Below are positions 6,287-11,187 of a stretch of 11,187 bases of DNA, piece by piece. How positions within the stretch are numbered: position 1 is the first letter of the stretch; every line of letters starts with the position of its first letter. The DNA comes from Oligoflexia bacterium (GTDB taxonomy: Bacteria > Bdellovibrionota > Bdellovibrionia > JABDDW01): the NCBI GenBank assembly GCA_043732305.1, contig JAYTHU010000156.1, positions 1-11,187 on the forward strand, written 5' to 3'. The translations under genes were made by a program, and so were the position numbers. The notes under the pieces were generated by a model that made no database searches, was not told the origin of the DNA, and was given only the letters and a program-made list of their open reading frames with translations.

Positions 6287-9200
6287 CCCGCTTTTTAAGC
6301 TGGTGGCTAGATATCGAAAGACGACAGTCGCTTTTGGTATTCACTCTGATTTTAGCTTTATGTGGTTACGCGCTTAAAACCGTTCTTCAAAGTGAAATCC
6401 AAGCTTTTCCAGAACTCACGAATGTACAAGTGCAGGTCATCACTCAATTCCAAGGTAAAGCCGCGGAAGAAGTAGAAAGACAAATCACTATTCCTATGGA
6501 AGTGGCACTCACGGGAATCAATAGTCTTATTAATCAGCGATCCATTTCTCTTTTTGGATTGAGCGTGATCACTCTGACTTTTGATGACAGCACACAGTTG
6601 AGACAAGCGCGCATCGATGTTGCTCAGCGTCTGGGTGATGCTTCTTTGCCTGACGGCGTAAAACCAACCCTCTCGCCGGAGAGCACTCCTTCAGGAGAAA
6701 TATTCAGATACACTTTAGAAAGTCGAGTGCCCATTGACGAGGCCCGTTTTCTTCAAGACTGGAATTTAGAACGAGAATTTAAAACGATTCCTGGAGTGGC
6801 GGACGTAGTGAGTTTTGGCGGTCCTACTCGAACAATTGAAGTTCAATTGAATGTTCCACAACTCAGCACCTTGGGACTAAGTCCTTCAAATATAGCGCAA
6901 TCTTTGGGACAAAATCACGCCAACGCTGGTGGAAGTATTATCACACATGGCTCAGAAGCGTTTGTGGTTAGATCGCTCGGACTTTTTGAAAAGCCTGAGG
7001 ATTTAGAATCAGCAGTCATTGGGACAGCTCACGGAACCCCCATTCGAGTTCGAGACGTTGGAAATGTTCGCATTGGTCACCACGTCCGATTAGGGCAAGT
7101 GGGTGAAAATGAAAACAATGACGTTGTCGAGGGCATCATATTGTTGAGGCAAGGCTCTGACACGTTAGACACTTGCAAAAAAATCCGCCAGAAAATTTCT
7201 GAACTCAATAGTTCGGGACAACTTCCTGGCATCACAATCAAGCCTTATTACGATCGCACTGAACTTATCGCCAACAGTAGCAAAACCGTTTTTCACAATA
7301 TTATTTTAGGCATCATCTTAGTTTGTGTAGTGCTTATTTTGGGTTTGGGTTTAGATGCTTGGCCGATTGTCCTTGGGGTTACTATCATCATCCCATTTGC
7401 ACTGATGATAGCGTTCCTAGGAGTGTGGGCGTTTGGTTACGCACCAAATTTAATTTCCCTAGGGGCCGTTGATTTCGGAATCATTATTGAGACGGCAATT
7501 TTTGCTGGCGAAGCCGCAATATTTGCCGTTTATACATCACGAAGACGTGATGATGAAATTCTAGCCAAATCTATCGGAGGGGTACTTGCTCCCGCATTTT
7601 TATGCGCAGGCTTACTACTGATAGCATTCATTCCAATTCTAAGTTTGCAAAGAGTCGAGGGAAGAATATTTAAACCACTTGGCATCACTCTCATTTCAGC
7701 ATTGCTCGGCGGGCAACTGGGTGCGCTGATATTTATTCCTATCTTCGCCAGAAAAATCAAACCGAATATTTCTCATGACGCTTTCCTGGATCCCTATCTA
7801 AAAAAACTCACTGTTCAATGTAAGAGGATAATTTCTTATTTTTCCAAGGTAAATCACGCAAGAATAAAAATCGGGCTAGCGTTTACAGTGACTATTTTCG
7901 GGCTTTATCTAGTCACCGGGAGGGAATTTCTACCCCAGCTGAATGAGGGAGCCCTTTACATCAGAGCTACTGCCCCGCCCACTATTTCCAGACTTGGATC
8001 TGTAAATCTCGCAGAAAAAATTAGAAGAAATTTGAAAACAATTCCAGAAGTCACAAACGTCGTTTCTCAGATTGGTCGGCCAGACGATGGTACAGACGTA
8101 AATGGATTTGATAATATTGAATTCTTTGTTTCCCTGAAAAGTCAGAACGAATGGAAATCTGCAAAAACTATTGATGGGATCACCACTATTGCTGAGAACT
8201 CACTCAAAGATATTCAAGGAGTACTTTTCAACTATTCACAACCCATCAAGGACAATGTGGATGAAGCTATAAGCGGAGTTAAAGGTGAGTTGGTCGTTAA
8301 AATATTTGGACCAAATTTAATTGAGCTCCAAAAATACGCCAATCAAATAACTGCACTCGTCAAGACTATTCCCGGAGCGCAAGATGTTGCTAGTGAACAT
8401 CTACTCGGGCAACCAGAACTTCGATTCACCATGAATCATGATTTGCTGGCCCGATACGGCTTAAGAGTTTCCGATGCTGAAGATGTTTTGGAAGCAGGTT
8501 TAATGGGTAAACTTGCGACAAAGATGATAGACGAACAAGGCCGATCCACTGAAGTTCTGGTGAAGCCAATGTTTCAAGAAGGCGTCGATCAAAATGCCAT
8601 CTCCTCACTTCCTGTTTTGACTCCCGAAGGCGCTAAAATTCCCCTGGGTGATGTGTCTGATCCCAGTTTGGTCGAAGGTGTCGGCAGCATTTATAGAGAG
8701 CAAGGATTAAGAAGAATTGCCGTAAAATGCTCAGTGCGCTCCCGTGCCGTGGTGGACTTCGTGAAAGATGCGAATCAAGCAATTGCTGAGAAAATAAAAC
8801 TCCCATCTAACTATAGAATAGTTTGGTCCGGTTCTTTTGAAAATGCCGATCGCGCAATGAATCAGTTTTTGGTGATAGTACCTTTATGCGTGCTGGCCAT
8901 GGTGGTTCTCTTATTCAGCTGGTTTGGAAACTGGAGTGACGTGGGTATTGTGGTTTGGGAAATTCCATTTTCCGCTTTGGGCGCACTTTTAGCTCTGAAA
9001 ATCGGCGGATTAAACCTCAGTATTTCAGCCGCTGCCGGCGGGATAGTCCTCATCGGGGTTTCGCTGTTGTCGGGGATCATGCTGCTCTCAGATTATAAAA
9101 TCACTAAATCTATATTCAAAGCACTCGAAAACAAAATACGCGGGATAGTGATCTCAAACAGTGTGGCAATTGTAGGATTAATTCCAGCGGCATTTTCCCA

Positions 9201-9339
9201 TGGAATAGGCTCTGAAACGGCTAAACCATTTGCTGTTGCAATCTTGGGAGGACTTATAACCTCACTGATTTTCACACTGACAGTGCTTCCGGCCTTGATA
9301 GGTAAATCCAAAGAAACTAAAACTCCAGATGAGCTCTAG
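6283..9339 (+). CDS. CusA/CzcA-family heavy-metal efflux RND transporter, 1018 aa
   Basis: AFPELTNVQVQVIT, AEEVERQITIPME, SLGAVDFGII, VEGRIFKPLG, GREFLPQLNEG, GRPDDGTD, GIGSETAKPFAVAILGGL. ATGA overlap with the adaptor gene. Confidence 0.96.
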   Translation: MTRFLSWWLDIERRQSLLVFTLILALCGYALKTVLQSEIQAFPELTNVQVQVITQFQGKAAEEVERQITIPMEVALTGINSLINQRSISLFGLSVITLTFDDSTQLRQARIDVAQRLGDASLPDGVKPTLSPESTPSGEIFRYTLESRVPIDEARFLQDWNLEREFKTIPGVADVVSFGGPTRTIEVQLNVPQLSTLGLSPSNIAQSLGQNHANAGGSIITHGSEAFVVRSLGLFEKPEDLESAVIGTAHGTPIRVRDVGNVRIGHHVRLGQVGENENNDVVEGIILLRQGSDTLDTCKKIRQKISELNSSGQLPGITIKPYYDRTELIANSSKTVFHNIILGIILVCVVLILGLGLDAWPIVLGVTIIIPFALMIAFLGVWAFGYAPNLISLGAVDFGIIIETAIFAGEAAIFAVYTSRRRDDEILAKSIGGVLAPAFLCAGLLLIAFIPILSLQRVEGRIFKPLGITLISALLGGQLGALIFIPIFARKIKPNISHDAFLDPYLKKLTVQCKRIISYFSKVNHARIKIGLAFTVTIFGLYLVTGREFLPQLNEGALYIRATAPPTISRLGSVNLAEKIRRNLKTIPEVTNVVSQIGRPDDGTDVNGFDNIEFFVSLKSQNEWKSAKTIDGITTIAENSLKDIQGVLFNYSQPIKDNVDEAISGVKGELVVKIFGPNLIELQKYANQITALVKTIPGAQDVASEHLLGQPELRFTMNHDLLARYGLRVSDAEDVLEAGLMGKLATKMIDEQGRSTEVLVKPMFQEGVDQNAISSLPVLTPEGAKIPLGDVSDPSLVEGVGSIYREQGLRRIAVKCSVRSRAVVDFVKDANQAIAEKIKLPSNYRIVWSGSFENADRAMNQFLVIVPLCVLAMVVLLFSWFGNWSDVGIVVWEIPFSALGALLALKIGGLNLSISAAAGGIVLIGVSLLSGIMLLSDYKITKSIFKALENKIRGIVISNSVAIVGLIPAAFSHGIGSETAKPFAVAILGGLITSLIFTLTVLPALIGKSKETKTPDEL

Positions 9340-10609
9340 CAGCTAAAATAGAAACTGGTCCCCGATCCTGATTGTAGGCGGGGTGATTCACGAATTGGTA
9401 GTCTGCAGTGAAACTTAAGAAATCCAAAATTTTATATACGTAATAAAATTCCAGAATTTCTTCACGGTCATAACTCAGATGGCCGTCTCCTATGATAAAA
9501 CCAACTCCACCCGCAGTGACGTAGTCAATGTGATCTTGAGATAATCCGTTAGTGATAAAAGCTAAACCAAGATTATCACCGTCTCTTTTCCAGAGTTTTC
9601 CTTTTAAATTTATTCCTAAAGTAAAAGTAGAATCCACTTCGGTAAACGCCCAGGTTTCCGTCGCTCCATCGTTCCAACCCCAACGACTTGTAACCGCGAG
9701 AACTTCATTGATTTCCTGTTCAAGATTGATTCCATAACCATATTTTATCCGAGAATCTCGATTCGATGTGACATCCGGAATAGAAGCTCCGCTATTCAAT
9801 GCTAGTCGGTAGCTCCCCATATGAGCGTGATTCTGATAATAGAGAAATCTCAATTTTCCAGATTCGTTTTTTAATTTGTATCGCCACTCAAATTCAGCAT
9901 TGTCTCCGTGGGCCTTTGTTAAATCCATTTCAAGATCAATTTGATTTGCTGAAGTTGGTTCTAAAACTGAAGCCACTCGAAACGCCCAATCGGGTTGATT
10001 GATTTCGAAATAAAGTCCCCAAGTGTAGCCGCGGGTGTCCGCCGCATAATCCCAAGCGGCATTATCCATCAAGGACCAATTTAGGAATTGAGTGCGAGGA
10101 TCGTGAGCAAAAGCGTTGTTATCAAAAAAATCATTGAGGCTAAATTTGCCTGCAGCCACGGTCACTCTTTTGACATTTACGGTTTCGCCTAACTGGTTTT
10201 TATCATCGGGGATTTTTTGAGAAGCACCACCGAGACCAAAAATCTGCTGAACGTAAAGGCGCGAAATAGTAACTTTGGGGTCTGCGGTATCCACGCGATA
10301 TATTTCGCCATTCGAAAAACCGGCGATTCCATGCGTACCACTCAACCCGGTTCCAGCCGACATTTCAGGATTAAAGTAAAACTCCCCTCCACTCCACAAA
10401 CGTCTGCCCGCGAAAAATGTGATTGTCTGAGAGGTTTTTATTTCTGGTATGGACATGAGGCTCAGCGATGCCGAGTACGGTGAATTGAAAGCCCCATGCC
10501 CCTGAGTGATTGTTGTCGATTGCAAATGGAAGCTCCAGTCATCCACCTGCTGAGCGAATGCTGCAATCGACGTTGTCATAAGAAGTACAACAATATTAAT
10601 TTTTAACAT
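9317..10609 (-). CDS. OprB-family carbohydrate-selective porin, MnoP-like (high-affinity Mn2+ porin-like), 430 aa
   Basis: Signal peptide ending AFA; HLQSTTITQGH..F.SPY, GRRLWSGGEFYFNPE, FDNNAFAHDPRTQFLNWS, AWDYAADTRGYTWG, NHPAYNQDRGPV; terminal Phe (HLEF) typical of beta-barrels. The substrate is not determined. Confidence 0.88.
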   Translation of the reverse strand: MLKINIVVLLMTTSIAAFAQQVDDWSFHLQSTTITQGHGAFNSPYSASLSLMSIPEIKTSQTITFFAGRRLWSGGEFYFNPEMSAGTGLSGTHGIAGFSNGEIYRVDTADPKVTISRLYVQQIFGLGGASQKIPDDKNQLGETVNVKRVTVAAGKFSLNDFFDNNAFAHDPRTQFLNWSLMDNAAWDYAADTRGYTWGLYFEINQPDWAFRVASVLEPTSANQIDLEMDLTKAHGDNAEFEWRYKLKNESGKLRFLYYQNHAHMGSYRLALNSGASIPDVTSNRDSRIKYGYGINLEQEINEVLAVTSRWGWNDGATETWAFTEVDSTFTLGINLKGKLWKRDGDNLGLAFITNGLSQDHIDYVTAGGVGFIIGDGHLSYDREEILEFYYVYKILDFLSFTADYQFVNHPAYNQDRGPVSILAARAHLEF

Positions 10610-10931
10610 GTGCTAAATCTTACTATCACTCATTTAAAATAAGACATTTTTTAACATCGAAAATTTTACCAAGCTTTTAATCTCACGGTGAAGGCGCTGT
10701 TATGTTCCAGATTTTCCAATTTTATGAACCGCAAAACAGCTCCGATTGAGGCCTAAAAATGTCAAGCTCTTGGAATTGTCCAACTGCGTTTAGGCATAAG
10801 TTCACCCCGGATAATCAAACCCCTGCAAAAAAGATGAGTATCAGAGGACTCGGCCAGTGGCGGACAAGGACTTGCCAGGCCGAATAATATTGCAGAAGCA
10901 AGAGCCTGGGTTGCGAGATTTATCGAATTAA

Positions 10932-10962
10932 TTAGTTTTTATTCACTCGTGATAAAAACTAA
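10932..10962. repeat. Near-perfect inverted repeat TTAGTTTTTAT-N9-ATAAAAACTAA
   Basis: Perfect 11-bp arms (10932-10942 and 10952-10962) with additional CAC/GTG pairing inside. Confidence 0.8.
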
Positions 10963-11010
10963 GAGGCCCTGAACCATCGGCGTCCCCTTAGTTAGGGGGT
11001 TTGGGGCTTC
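10963..11010 (+). other. Candidate structured RNA element (13-bp stem, 9-nt bulge, inner hairpin)
   Basis: GAGGCCCTGAACC pairs at all 13 positions with GGTTTGGGGCTTC, using 3 G-U pairs available only on the plus strand. Inner hairpin CCCT-TAGTT-AGGG. Confidence 0.45.
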
Positions 11011-11093
11011 CCTCTAGTTCATAGGAAATGGTTTTGGGTTGGATTCAAAATAGCTCTTCAGATTTTTGACTTCAACTTGAATTTTACCAATTA

Positions 11094-11187
11094 GATCTCT
11101 TTCACATTACCTCTAAATTTTCATAGTTATAGATGCCGCAAATCAGATTAAATCTAAGCCCAAATCGCCTCCGTCGATTTCGGTATT
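11094..11187 (-). mobile_element. Right end of an IS5-family (ISL2/IS702-like) element running off the window
   Basis: The transposase C-terminus ends in a TIR-like GATCTCTTTCACATTAC (about 11094-11110), preceded by TTA. The partner end is outside the window, so the boundary is approximate. Confidence 0.65.
11102..11187 (-). CDS. IS5-family transposase, C-terminal 27 aa (partial)
   Basis: Minus-strand frame from 11185 reads YRNRRRRFGLRFNLICGIYNYENLEVM*, matching the characteristic RYRNRRKRFGLRFNLIAGIYN.E tail. Confidence 0.85.
   Translation of the reverse strand, partial: YRNRRRRFGLRFNLICGIYNYENLEVM

Noticed and set aside
3039..10483. Short alternative-frame and antisense ORFs (60-88 aa) within or overlapping the NHL, OMF, MFP, RND and porin genes
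   Set aside because: They are shadows of long, well-supported genes and show no independent motifs.
10757..10927. Degenerate IS3-like integrase fragment (LGIV...IAEARAWVARFIE) or a 42-aa ORF at 10759-10887
   Set aside because: The resemblance rests on about 10 residues, with an internal stop and no catalytic motif. The alternative ORF has only a weak SD and no recognisable features.
10610..10930. Metal or fluoride riboswitch (yybP-ykoY, NiCo, M-box, crcB) or a Fur/Mur box upstream of the porin
   Set aside because: I could not find the conserved cores of these elements on the minus strand by eye. An Rfam/PWM scan would be needed to exclude them formally.
484..11187. Composite transposon carrying the efflux operon
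   Set aside because: The flanking IS elements belong to different families, and the IS1595 has its own TSD on both sides, showing it inserted alone.

Overview
AT-rich bacterial accessory region with IS debris at both ends. At the left, a decayed ISAzo13-family transposase (minus strand) is interrupted by an intact 951-bp IS1595-family element (perfect 26-bp TIRs, perfect 8-bp TSD). The core holds a six-repeat NHL beta-propeller protein (probable lipoprotein), a candidate 42-aa small ORF, and a translationally coupled CzcCBA/CusCBA-like heavy-metal RND efflux operon (outer-membrane factor, adaptor, RND pump) behind a well-formed sigma54 -24/-12 promoter. The RND gene overlaps by 23 bp the 3' end of a convergent OprB-family (MnoP-like) porin gene. 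At the right are a cluster of hairpins, one with strand-specific G-U pairing, and the 3' end of an IS5-family (ISL2/IS702-like) transposase that the ORF track missed. The best candidate for an undescribed system is a sigma54-driven, non-canonical metal RND pump arranged tail-to-tail with a putative metal-uptake porin, with apparently leaderless first genes. This is a hypothesis. All family calls come from manual motif recognition, not database searches.
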